A stretch of DNA of 64,000 nt from NCBI GenBank assembly GCA_965237415.1, contig CBDEFM010000002.1, forward strand, positions 1,184,001-1,248,000. Reading direction: 5' to 3'. Within the stretch, counting starts at the first letter, position 1. Each line of letters opens with the position of its first letter. This document shows positions 1 to 9,192 of this stretch, in pieces. The notes under the pieces are model-generated. The model made no database searches, was not told the origin of the DNA, and was given only the letters and a program-made list of their open reading frames with translations. This DNA comes from Alphaproteobacteria bacterium. GTDB taxonomy: Bacteria; Pseudomonadota; Alphaproteobacteria; UBA828. The translations under genes and the position numbers were made by a program.

Positions 1-1006
1 CTTGGGTTTCGAGGGCAACACCTGGATGGATGCGGCCACCAACCTGCTGAGCTCAATAGCAGGGACCAAGGACTACAAGGACCGGGTGGATATCCAGATC
101 CAGTCGGCCCGAGGCAACGCCCAGACCCAGATCCAGCAGATCAACGCGATGGTGCAGGCGGGCGCGCAAGTCATCGTCTCCTGGGCGCTCTCTCCGACGG
201 CGCTCAACCGCGCCATCCGCAACGCCTGCCGCCGGGGCGTGGTCTTCGTCACCTTCGACGCCCAGGTCACCGAGCCTTGCGCCTATCACGTCGGCATCAA
301 TCAGGACTGGGCCGGTGCGGGGCCGGCCGAATGGCTGGCCGAGGAGCTTGGCGGCAAGGGCAACATCGTCTTCATGGGCGGGATCCCCGGCAACATGGTC
401 GACCTGCGGCGGAACGCCGCGGCCAAGGCGGTGTTCGCCGATTTCCCGGACATCACGATCATCGCCGACACGCCCAGCATGTGGAACAACGCCACGGCGA
501 AGCAGAAGCTGACCGAGATCGTGGCCACCCACGGCTGGGACAAGATCGACGGGCTGTGGACCCAGACCGGCTGCTACGTCTTCACCCAGATGCAGGTGGA
601 CGAGGGCCGCGGCGACCAGCTCAAGCCCTGCGCCGGCAACGGCACCAACGGTCACCGCGTGGCGCAGCTCCCGCCGGGAACGACCGAGGGCGCCTACGGG
701 CTGCGCAGCGCCTCCATGGGCTCGCCGCCCTGGGCCGCGCCGTTTGCCTTCAAGCTCGCGATGACAAAGTTCGACGGCACCGACATTCCGCGCTTCTACG
801 AGATCCCGATGCCGCTGGTGACACCGGGGCAGACGGAACTTTGCGACACCGCGGACAAGGGTGAGCTCACGGCCAAGAGCTGGTCGTGCAATGCGGTGCC
901 GCTCTCCGTTGCGCCGTCCAACTACTTCATCGACGTTTGGCATTCGGAGGTGCCGGAACTCGACGTCTATTCCGCCCTCAACGGCACGGTGCCCGACGGT
1001 AGCTGA
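1..1006 (+). CDS. Sugar-type (RbsB-like) ABC transporter substrate-binding protein, 5' end outside window
   Basis: Periplasmic binding protein type I features; close paralogue of 10810-11934 (GFEGNTWMDAA, THGWD.IDGLWTQ.GCY); followed by ATPase and permease. Confidence 0.85.
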   Translation, partial: LGFEGNTWMDAATNLLSSIAGTKDYKDRVDIQIQSARGNAQTQIQQINAMVQAGAQVIVSWALSPTALNRAIRNACRRGVVFVTFDAQVTEPCAYHVGINQDWAGAGPAEWLAEELGGKGNIVFMGGIPGNMVDLRRNAAAKAVFADFPDITIIADTPSMWNNATAKQKLTEIVATHGWDKIDGLWTQTGCYVFTQMQVDEGRGDQLKPCAGNGTNGHRVAQLPPGTTEGAYGLRSASMGSPPWAAPFAFKLAMTKFDGTDIPRFYEIPMPLVTPGQTELCDTADKGELTAKSWSCNAVPLSVAPSNYFIDVWHSEVPELDVYSALNGTVPDGS

Positions 1007-1146
1007 TCGCGGCCGGCAGGCAGCGGCAGCAAACCGGGCCGGATCCGGCCGGGACGAAGGCGCTGGGGGCGCGGCGGTCATCGCCGCGCCCCGCAGCATC
1101 GTTATGGCCGGCATGACCGGCCGGTACCGGCGCCCGGGGGCCGGCT

Positions 1147-2670
1147 ATGGATGAGCAGGCGCCGGCGGTCGAGATCCGCGGCCTGAGCAAGGCGTTCGGC
1201 GCGACCGTCGCGCTCGACGACGTCTCACTCACCATTCCGCGCGGCGAGGTTCATGCGCTTCTCGGCGAGAACGGGGCCGGCAAGTCGACCCTGGTCAAGA
1301 TACTGAGCGGGCTAAGCCGGCAGGACACCGGCGAGGTCGCGCTGTTCGGCGACGCCGCCCGCATCGACACGCCGCGCGACTCACACCGGCTCGGAATCCA
1401 GACTGCCCATCAGGAGATTTCGCTGATCGGCGATCTCACCGTCGTGCAGAGCATGTTGCTGCCCTATGAGCCGACCGGCCCCACCGGACACATCAGGCGG
1501 CGCGACTCGGAGCGGCAGGTACGGCGCGCCCTCGCCGAACTCGGCCTCGACGATATCGACCCCCACGCCGAGGTGAGAACGCTGGCGCTGCCGACCCGGC
1601 AGAAGATCGAGATCGCCCGTGCCGTCTCGCGCAAGCCGCGCCTGCTCCTGCTGGACGAGCCGACCTCGTCGCTCTCCGGCAACGACGTGCAGTGGCTCGG
1701 CGCGCTCTTCGACCGGCTGCGCGCCGAGGGCACGACGATCGTCTTCATCTCGCACCGGATGCAGGAGGTGCGGGATTTCTGCGACAGCCTGACGATCCTG
1801 CGCAACGGCCGCATGGTGGGGGGCTTCAGGGCCGGCGAAATCTCCGACGACCGAGTGATCGAGCTGGTGATCGGGCGCTCGCTGGCCGCGACCTTCCCGC
1901 CCAAGCCGGCCGAGCCGGCCCGGCGCGGGGAGGCGCCGATCCTGGCCGCCGAAGGACTCGCCATCGAGGGAGGCATGGAGGATTTTTCCTTCTCCCTCTG
2001 GCCCGGCGAGATTCTGGGCGTCGGCGGGCTCGACGGCATGGGCCAGCGCGACCTCTTCCTCGCGCTCTTCGGCATGGTGGGGCTCAGCGCCGGCGACATC
2101 CTGATCGGCGGGAACCGGGTGACCCTGCGGACGCCCAAGGACGCCGTGAACAGCCGCATCGGCATCAGCTTCGTGCCGGAAGACCGCAAGACGGAGGCGC
2201 TCTTCCTCGCGCTGACGGGCCGGGAGAATATCTCGCTTCCGATCATCGATAGCTGCGTGCGCTTCGGCCTGGTGGACCTGCAGCGGGAATCGCAGGCCGT
2301 GGGCCGGGCGCTCGACATGGTGCAGGTCGACAGGCGCGCGCTCCACAGCCCCTGCAACGTCTTCAGCGGCGGCAACCAACAGAAGATCGCCATCGCCAAG
2401 TGGCTGCTCGCCGAGAGCCGCGTGCTGCTCATGTACGACCCGACGCGGGGCGTCGACGTCGGTACCAAGGCCGAGATCTACGCCCTCATGCGGGCGTACG
2501 CGGAGGCCGGCGGGGCGGTGCTCTACTACTCGACCGACGTGCCGGAGCTCGTCAACCTCTGTGACTCGGTGATGGTGATCTACCGCGGCCGCAAGGCGGC
2601 CTCGCTCGCCGGCGACGAGATCACCGAGGCCAGCATCATGCGCGCCGCTCTCGGCGAGGGCACTCCATGA
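1147..2670 (+). CDS. Sugar ABC transporter ATP-binding protein (RbsA/MglA-like, two ABC domains)
   Basis: GENGAGKST Walker A, LLLDEPT Walker B, second domain with FSGGNQQK and DPTRGVDVGTK. Confidence 0.95.
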   Translation: MDEQAPAVEIRGLSKAFGATVALDDVSLTIPRGEVHALLGENGAGKSTLVKILSGLSRQDTGEVALFGDAARIDTPRDSHRLGIQTAHQEISLIGDLTVVQSMLLPYEPTGPTGHIRRRDSERQVRRALAELGLDDIDPHAEVRTLALPTRQKIEIARAVSRKPRLLLLDEPTSSLSGNDVQWLGALFDRLRAEGTTIVFISHRMQEVRDFCDSLTILRNGRMVGGFRAGEISDDRVIELVIGRSLAATFPPKPAEPARRGEAPILAAEGLAIEGGMEDFSFSLWPGEILGVGGLDGMGQRDLFLALFGMVGLSAGDILIGGNRVTLRTPKDAVNSRIGISFVPEDRKTEALFLALTGRENISLPIIDSCVRFGLVDLQRESQAVGRALDMVQVDRRALHSPCNVFSGGNQQKIAIAKWLLAESRVLLMYDPTRGVDVGTKAEIYALMRAYAEAGGAVLYYSTDVPELVNLCDSVMVIYRGRKAASLAGDEITEASIMRAALGEGTP

Positions 2671-4751
2671 CATCGCTCGGTGCCCTGCGGGCGCCCTACC
2701 TGCCGCCGTTCAGCTGGTCACGTCAGCGCGGCACGATCGTCGCCATCGCCGTGTTTGCCGCCACCATGATCGCGCTGCAGCTCATCACCGGCCAGGGCAT
2801 CGCCTATTTCGACATCAGCAGCATCAGCGCGAGCGCCGCGACGCTGGCACTCGCCGCGCTCGGCGAGACCATCGTCATCCTTGCGGGCGGGCTCGACCTC
2901 TCGGCGGGCGCGGTGATCTCGCTCGTCAACGTGGTCCTGGTCACCCAGCTCGCTCCCGCCGTCGATATGGGGACCGGCCTCTTCACCCTCGTCGCGCTGG
3001 TCATCGCGCTCGGCCTGGGCGCGGCCATCGGCGCCGTCAACGGCTTCCTCGTCGCCTATGTCCGCCTGCAGTCGATCGTGGTGACGCTCGCCACCATGTT
3101 CATCGCCCAGGGCGCGGCGCTGCTCGTGCTCAAGTTCCCCGGCGGCGAGATGCCGTGGGACTTCAGCCTGGTCTTCACCGGCGACCTGGTACCCGAGGGC
3201 CTGCCCGCCCCCGTCGTCGTCCTGGCAATCGCCATTCTGTTCTGGCTGCTGCTGAAGAACACGCGGATCGGCACGGGAATCTACGCCATCGGCAGCGACG
3301 AAGGATCGGCACAGGCCAACGGCGTGGATGTGCGGCGTACGCGCTTCCTCACCTTCACCTTCGCCGGCATGTGCTACGGCGCGGCCGGCCTCTTCATTAC
3401 CGCCAACATGGGCGGCGGAGACCCGCTGATCGGCGCGAAGATGCTGCTCCAGATTTTCGCCGCCGTCGTGCTGGGGGGCACGCTCATCGGCGGCGGCCGG
3501 GGCGGCGCCGTCGGCACGATCTTCGGTGCTCTCACCCTCACCGTCGTGGTCAACATCTTCCTCGTGCTGGGCGTGCGCACCTACTACACGCCGATCGTCG
3601 AGGGCTTGATCCTGCTCATCGCCGTTCTCGGCTTCTCGCTCGGCCGCGACTCGCCGGTGGTGGAGATCACCCGCTTCTGGCGGGCGACGCTGCGGGCGCT
3701 CCGGGAGTCCTCCCTTCCCTCCAAGCTGCGGGTCGTGGGCGAGCCGATTCGCCTCGGGGGACTGGACCCACCGGCAGGCGGCGGCTTCACTGCTGCCGCC
3801 GTCCCGTGGCTCGACCGGCACCGCGCGGTGCTGCGCTTCGCCGTGCCGGCCTACCTCTTCTACATCGTCATCCTGGGTACCACGCTCGGCATCTTCGGGG
3901 GCGGCTTCTCGCCGCTCGCCTACCTCAACGCCATGCTGATCCTGACCGCCTTTTTGGCGATTCTCGGCCTCGGCCAGGGCACGGTCATCATCACCGGCGG
4001 GCTCGATCTCTCGGTGCCGTGGACCATGACCTTCCCGGCGATCGTCGTCACCACCCTCTGCAACGGCGTCGACGCGCCGGCGGCGTGGGTTATCCCGGCG
4101 GCGCTCGGGATCGGGATCGCCATCGGCTTCCTCAACGGCATGACCATCGTGCTTTTCGGGCTCTCGCCGATCATCGTGACGCTTGCCATGAACGGCATCC
4201 TGGAGGGCGTGTCGCTGCTGTTCAGCTCGGGCGCGCCCATCGGCAAGGCGCCGCCCGCGCTGGCCTGGTTCGTCACCGGGCGCATCGGCGGCATCGCCCC
4301 GATAGGCTGGTTCCTCATCGTCTTCGTCGTTGCCGCGACCCTCTACCTGAACAGGAGCGCGCAGGGCCGGCGCATTTTCGCTGTCGGCAACAGCCAGCGC
4401 GTCAGCCGCCTCTCGGGCGTGCGGATCGGCTTCCCGATCGTCGGCGCCTACATGCTGAGCGGATTCTGCTCGGCGTTAGTCGGGGTCTTCCTCGCGGGCT
4501 TCAGCGGGCAGGCGTTCTTCGGCATGGGCGACCCTTACCTGCTCTCCTCGATCGCCGTCGTGGTGCTGGGCGGCACCCTCATTACCGGGGGGCGCGGCCA
4601 CTACTTGGGAATCCTGGGTGGCGCGCTCCTGTTCACCGGGCTTGGCATCATGCTCTCGGGCACGGTGCTGCCCGAGGCCGTGCGCAACATCATCTATGGC
4701 CTCGTCCTGCTCGGCGCGATCGTCGCGCTCCGAGAGCGCGCGGACACATAG
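2667..4751 (+). CDS. ABC permease with two fused RbsC-like (BPD_transp_2) domains
   Basis: 694 aa hydrophobic protein; GGLDLS and VVLGGTLI.GGRG motifs each occur twice. Confidence 0.9.
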   Translation: MTSLGALRAPYLPPFSWSRQRGTIVAIAVFAATMIALQLITGQGIAYFDISSISASAATLALAALGETIVILAGGLDLSAGAVISLVNVVLVTQLAPAVDMGTGLFTLVALVIALGLGAAIGAVNGFLVAYVRLQSIVVTLATMFIAQGAALLVLKFPGGEMPWDFSLVFTGDLVPEGLPAPVVVLAIAILFWLLLKNTRIGTGIYAIGSDEGSAQANGVDVRRTRFLTFTFAGMCYGAAGLFITANMGGGDPLIGAKMLLQIFAAVVLGGTLIGGGRGGAVGTIFGALTLTVVVNIFLVLGVRTYYTPIVEGLILLIAVLGFSLGRDSPVVEITRFWRATLRALRESSLPSKLRVVGEPIRLGGLDPPAGGGFTAAAVPWLDRHRAVLRFAVPAYLFYIVILGTTLGIFGGGFSPLAYLNAMLILTAFLAILGLGQGTVIITGGLDLSVPWTMTFPAIVVTTLCNGVDAPAAWVIPAALGIGIAIGFLNGMTIVLFGLSPIIVTLAMNGILEGVSLLFSSGAPIGKAPPALAWFVTGRIGGIAPIGWFLIVFVVAATLYLNRSAQGRRIFAVGNSQRVSRLSGVRIGFPIVGAYMLSGFCSALVGVFLAGFSGQAFFGMGDPYLLSSIAVVVLGGTLITGGRGHYLGILGGALLFTGLGIMLSGTVLPEAVRNIIYGLVLLGAIVALRERADT

Positions 4752-4835
4752 CTCGCTCCGGGAGCGCGCGGACACATAGCTCGCTCCGGGGGCACGCGGA
4801 CGCATAGTTCGCTCCGAGAGCGCGCGGACGCATGA
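4726..4835 (+). repeat. Four tandem copies of a 28-bp unit reiterating the permease 3' end including its stop codon
   Basis: CGCTCCGAGAGCGCGCGGACACATAGCT-like units start at 4726, 4754, 4782 and 4810. Confidence 0.9.
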
Positions 4836-4857
4836 CCTTGGTGAGAAATCCGGCCTA
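4832..4857. repeat. Solo copy of the MITE terminal inverted repeat
   Basis: ATGACCTTGGTGAGAAATCCGGCCTA resembles the right TIR of the 17661-18013 element; it overlaps the stop codon of the oxygenase gene. Confidence 0.65.
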
Positions 4858-5913
4858 TTGGGTGAAGCGCGATTCGGTGTCTGCAGTGCCGAACTTGCGG
4901 CTGTCCTCGTCGCTCCACTCCTCGCCGCTCGCCTGGCTGGCAAATTTCTCGACCATGTAGTCGCCGGCGGTGATCGGCGGATATTTCGCCGGCCGCTCCG
5001 CACTTTGACAGGTCGGCAGACACTCGATCACCGCGTCGTGACGGGGTTCGACGAAATAGCAGAGCGAGAGGCGCCGCCCGGCGGTGCGCGGCGGGTTGAC
5101 CACGCGGTGCCGCGTAGAGCGCCAGCGGTCGTTCGTCCAGCGCATCATCTGGTCGCCGATATTGACCACGAACGATCCGGCGACGGCCGGCACGTCCACC
5201 CAGGTGCCGTCGGGGCTGCGCGCCTGCAGGCCACCCGGCTTGTCCTCGATCAGGCAGATGGTGAGGTTGTCGTAGTCCGAATGCTCGCCGGCGCGGAGCT
5301 GCCCCTCCTCCGCCGCCGTCCGCTGCTGCGGATAGTTCAACACGCGCAGGATGCTGAATCCGTTCTCGAGCCTTGGGTCGAAATGGTCCTCGGGAAGATC
5401 GAAGGCCAGCGCCGCAATCCTGTGCAGGTGCCGCCCCAGCCGGTCCAGCGCTTCGATATAGGCCTCGATCGCCGATTTGAACGCCGCCGGACGCTCCGGC
5501 CAGATATTGGGGGCGTAGTGGGGAGCCGCCGCCTCGGTGTGGAAGGAGGGGTCGTCCGGCACGTCGAGCGGGCCGAAGGAGAGCGATTCCTTCAGGTCGG
5601 GCGGCGTCTCCACGCCAATCGTCGCCGAGAGGTGCTCGGTGCCGAGCGGCTCGTAGCCCCGGTTTGCCTTGTCGTCCTGCCGCTGCCTGATGGCGAGCTT
5701 CTCCTCCAGCGGCAGGTCGAAGAACGCTCTCGCCTCGCGCTGTGCCCGCTCGCAGATCGCCGGGTCGACCCCGTGGCCGGAAATCAGGAAGAAGCCGATG
5801 CGCTCGCAGGCGCGGTTGACCTCGCCTGCGACCCGCCGCCTGTCGGCGTGGCCCCCGGCAAAATAGGGGCCGAGGTCGATGAGCGGGATCTCCGAGAAGG
5901 GTCCGGTGGACAT
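4855..5913 (-). CDS. 2-oxoglutarate/Fe(II)-dependent dioxygenase, isopenicillin N synthase family
   Basis: IPLIDL N-terminus, GFFLISGHGV, HSD...H facial triad (EHSDY, STRHRVV), RLS 2OG-binding motif. Confidence 0.92.
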   Translation of the reverse strand: MSTGPFSEIPLIDLGPYFAGGHADRRRVAGEVNRACERIGFFLISGHGVDPAICERAQREARAFFDLPLEEKLAIRQRQDDKANRGYEPLGTEHLSATIGVETPPDLKESLSFGPLDVPDDPSFHTEAAAPHYAPNIWPERPAAFKSAIEAYIEALDRLGRHLHRIAALAFDLPEDHFDPRLENGFSILRVLNYPQQRTAAEEGQLRAGEHSDYDNLTICLIEDKPGGLQARSPDGTWVDVPAVAGSFVVNIGDQMMRWTNDRWRSTRHRVVNPPRTAGRRLSLCYFVEPRHDAVIECLPTCQSAERPAKYPPITAGDYMVEKFASQASGEEWSDEDSRKFGTADTESRFTQ

Positions 5914-5998
5914 GGATACTGCTCGCGTGCCGGGCTACAGGCCCTCAGCCGCCGGCCGCCACAACGCGTAGAGGGCCGGCGGCGCGGTTCGCGCCCTC

Positions 5999-6913
5999 CT
6001 AATCCGCGGCGGGCGCGCCCTCGGTCGTGCGGTTGAAGGGATGGCGGCGTTTGAAGTCCTCGGCCATCTCCCGCATCGTGACCATGCGCACGCCGGTATG
6101 CGCGAGCATGTGGTCGAAGATCCGCTCCAGCATCATCAGCACTTGCGGTTTGCCGGCGCAATCGGGATGGATCACGCAGGTGTAGATCGCGTAGTCGTAG
6201 TGGCGGTAGATCCAGTCGAACTGGTCGCGCCAGATGTCCTCGACGTCCCGGGGATTCACCCAGCCGTGGCTGTTGGGGAAGGTCTTCACGAACATCATGG
6301 GCGGCGCGTCGTCGAGGTACCAGCTCGCGGGCAGCTCGACGAGATCGACCGCGTCACCCGCCACCCAGGGCTTCATCCACGATGCGGCTTCCTGGGTGTA
6401 GTCGATCTTGGTCCAGCTATCGCCCCTGCGCAGATAGTGCGGCGTGTAGTCATCCTCCATGACGCTGCGGTCGTAGAGGAAATTGCGCTCCATAAGGAGG
6501 TCGATGGTATTGGGACTCAGTTCCCACCACGGCGCGACATAGCCCACGGGGTGCACGCCGCAGAGGTCGGTCACCAGCTCGATGCACTTGTCGAGGACAT
6601 CGGCCTCCTGCTGGCGGGACATGGCGAGCGGGTTCTCATGGGTGTAGCCGTGCACCCCCAGCTCGTGGCCGTGCTTCACGATCAATTCCGATTCTTTCGG
6701 GAAGCTCTCGATCGAATGGCCGGTGATGTCCCACGTCGTCTTGATGCCGTAGCGCTCCATCATCTCCAGGATTCGCGGCACCCCTTGGCGCGCCGCGAAG
6801 ACGCCGCGCGAGATGTCGCAAGGTGAGTCGGCACCGCCGAACGATCCGATCCAGAGCGAAACCGAATCGAAATGGGGATTGAAGCAAACCTGGATGTCTT
6901 TCTTCGTGGCCAT
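5999..6913 (-). CDS. Polysaccharide deacetylase (CE4) family protein, H. pylori PgdA/PuuE-like
   Basis: GSFGGADSPCDISRG, HELGVHGYTHENP, GYVAPWWE, WYLDDAPPMMF, IHPD motifs. Confidence 0.85.
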   Translation of the reverse strand: MATKKDIQVCFNPHFDSVSLWIGSFGGADSPCDISRGVFAARQGVPRILEMMERYGIKTTWDITGHSIESFPKESELIVKHGHELGVHGYTHENPLAMSRQQEADVLDKCIELVTDLCGVHPVGYVAPWWELSPNTIDLLMERNFLYDRSVMEDDYTPHYLRRGDSWTKIDYTQEAASWMKPWVAGDAVDLVELPASWYLDDAPPMMFVKTFPNSHGWVNPRDVEDIWRDQFDWIYRHYDYAIYTCVIHPDCAGKPQVLMMLERIFDHMLAHTGVRMVTMREMAEDFKRRHPFNRTTEGAPAAD

Positions 6914-6998
6914 GATCCTGCCTCCCTTTGTCGCCGCATCGCGGCGGGTATCGTCAGCCGATGCCTCCTGTCTCAGGCGTCTGTGTACTCCCGACGCA

Positions 6999-7082
6999 TG
7001 TCATGCATCCGCGCGCTCTCGCAGCATGTCATGCATCCACGCGCTCCCGGAGCGTGTCATGCATCCGCGCGCTCCCGGAGCG
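6999..7082 (-). repeat. Three tandem copies of a 28-bp unit reiterating the 3' end of the second permease
   Basis: TGTCATGCATCCGCGCGCTCCCGGAGCG-like units at 6999, 7027 and 7055; reverse complement is homologous to the 4726 unit. Confidence 0.88.
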
Positions 7083-9192
7083 CGACGATAGCGCCGAGAA
7101 GGACTAGCCCATAGATGATACTGCGCACCGCCTCGGGCAGCATCGTCCCCGTCAGCAGCGAGCCGAGCGCCGTGAACAGCAAGGCGCCGCCGAGGATGCC
7201 GACGAAGTGGCCGCGCCCGCCTGTGATCAGCGTGCCGCCCAGCACCACCACGGCGATCGACTGCAGCAGGTATGGATCCCCCATGCCGAAGAACGCCTGC
7301 CCGCTGAAGCCCGAGAGAAACACGCCCACCAGCGCGGAGCAGAAGCCGCTCAGCATGTAGGCGCCCACGATGACGGAGCCGGTCCAGACGCCGGAAAGGT
7401 GCGCGACCGTGACGCTGTTGCCGACCGCGTAGAGCCGCCGCCCGAAGGCCGTCCGGTTGAGGAAGATCGTGGCTGCGATCGCGAAGGCGATCAGGAACCA
7501 GCCGATGGGTGCGATGCCGAGCAGTCGGCCCGATACGAACCAGCGCAACACGGGCGGCGAGCCGCCGATCGGTGCGCCGTCGCTGAAGATGAGCGAAATG
7601 CCCTCGAGCAGGCCTGCCATCGCCAGTGTGACGATGATCGGCGACAACCTGAAGAGCACGATCATGAACCCGTTCAGGAAGCCGATCGCAAGGCCGATCA
7701 CCAGCGCAAGCGGCACCGCCCAATAGGCCGGACCGTCCTTGCCGAAGCAGAAGGTGGTGACGACGATGGCCGGGAAGGTGATGGCCCAGGCGACCGAGAG
7801 GTCGAGCCCGCCGGAGATGATGACCGCGCCCTGACCCAGCCCGAGGATCGCGAGAAAGGCGGTGAACAGCAGGAGGACGTTGAGATATTCGAGCGCCGAC
7901 AGGTCCCCGCCGAAAATCACCACCGTGGCGATCACGATCACGGCGAACATGACGTAGGTGGGAGAGATGTAGCGCAGCGTGGCCTGGTTGCGGGCGAGCC
8001 AGCCTGCCGCCGGGCGGGCAGAGCCGGGCCCGCCGCGCGCGTCCGCCCGCCCCAGCAGGTCCTGCAACAACCCCTGGCCCGCCGCCGTCACACTTGCCGC
8101 GGGGCTCGATGCAAGGGCCCGGGTGCTGAGCGCGCGCCTCCAGCCGCGCACGGTCTCGACCACGGGCATGTCCCGACTCAGCGAGAGGCCGAGCACGGCA
8201 AGGATCAGGATGGCGCCTTCGGCAAGCGGCACGTACCAGGTGCGCATGCCGAGAAGGAGGAAGATCGTCAGGATGATCGTGAGTGTCAGCGCACCGAAGA
8301 TGGTGCCGACGCAGCCACCGCGCCCACCGCCGATCAGCGTCCCGCCGATGACCACCGCGGCGAATATCTTAAGCAGAAACTTGGCGCCGATCAGCGGGTC
8401 GGCGGAGCCGATCTGGGCCGTCATGAACATGCCGGCGGCGCCGTAGCAGACGCCGGCGATGGTGTAGGTCCAGAACTTCGTCATCCGCACGTCGGTGCCG
8501 CTCGCCAGCGCCGACTTTTCGTCGCTGCCGATGGCGTAGATTCCGGTCCCGAGCCGCGAATTGCGCAGTGCCAGCCACAGCACGATGACGACCGCGAGCA
8601 CGATGATGGGCGCAGGCAACACCCCGGCGATGGCCTCGCCGGTGAAGAACATGCTGAACTCCCACGGCGCCTCGCCGCCTGCATGAGTCATCACCAGCAA
8701 GGCCGCACCTTGCGCGATGAACATCGTGGCGAGCGTGACGACGATTGCCGACAGGCCGAGAAAGGCGATCAGGAAGCCGTTGATCGCACCGATCGCGGCG
8801 CCCACCGCAAGCGCCAGCGCGAGCGCGGCCCCGATGAACTCGGCGCCCGAAAGCACGGCAACATCGGAAGAGAACTCGGAACCGCCGCCGAGGAACTGGA
8901 TGATCATGACGTTGACGAGCGAGATCACCGCACCTGCGGACAGGTCGAAGCCTCCGGCCAGGATGACGATGGTCTCGCCCACGGCGGCAAGCGCCAGGGT
9001 GGCGGCTCCGGTGGTGATGGAGCTCACGTCGAAATAGGTGATCCCTTCGCCCTTGATGAGCTGCAGGATGATCAGCATCACCAGGAACACACCGACCGAC
9101 ATCAGGAGGCCGCGCTGACGATTCCAGTTCACGGCAGGCAAGCCGACCCGCGGCCACCGCGACGGCGGCGGCACCAACGATCGATCGCTCAA
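7057..9192 (-). CDS. ABC permease with two fused RbsC-like domains (paralogue of 2667-4751)
   Basis: Same duplicated motifs; near-identical C-terminus LGAIVALRERAD. Confidence 0.9.
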   Translation of the reverse strand: MSDRSLVPPPSRWPRVGLPAVNWNRQRGLLMSVGVFLVMLIILQLIKGEGITYFDVSSITTGAATLALAAVGETIVILAGGFDLSAGAVISLVNVMIIQFLGGGSEFSSDVAVLSGAEFIGAALALALAVGAAIGAINGFLIAFLGLSAIVVTLATMFIAQGAALLVMTHAGGEAPWEFSMFFTGEAIAGVLPAPIIVLAVVIVLWLALRNSRLGTGIYAIGSDEKSALASGTDVRMTKFWTYTIAGVCYGAAGMFMTAQIGSADPLIGAKFLLKIFAAVVIGGTLIGGGRGGCVGTIFGALTLTIILTIFLLLGMRTWYVPLAEGAILILAVLGLSLSRDMPVVETVRGWRRALSTRALASSPAASVTAAGQGLLQDLLGRADARGGPGSARPAAGWLARNQATLRYISPTYVMFAVIVIATVVIFGGDLSALEYLNVLLLFTAFLAILGLGQGAVIISGGLDLSVAWAITFPAIVVTTFCFGKDGPAYWAVPLALVIGLAIGFLNGFMIVLFRLSPIIVTLAMAGLLEGISLIFSDGAPIGGSPPVLRWFVSGRLLGIAPIGWFLIAFAIAATIFLNRTAFGRRLYAVGNSVTVAHLSGVWTGSVIVGAYMLSGFCSALVGVFLSGFSGQAFFGMGDPYLLQSIAVVVLGGTLITGGRGHFVGILGGALLFTALGSLLTGTMLPEAVRSIIYGLVLLGAIVALRERADA

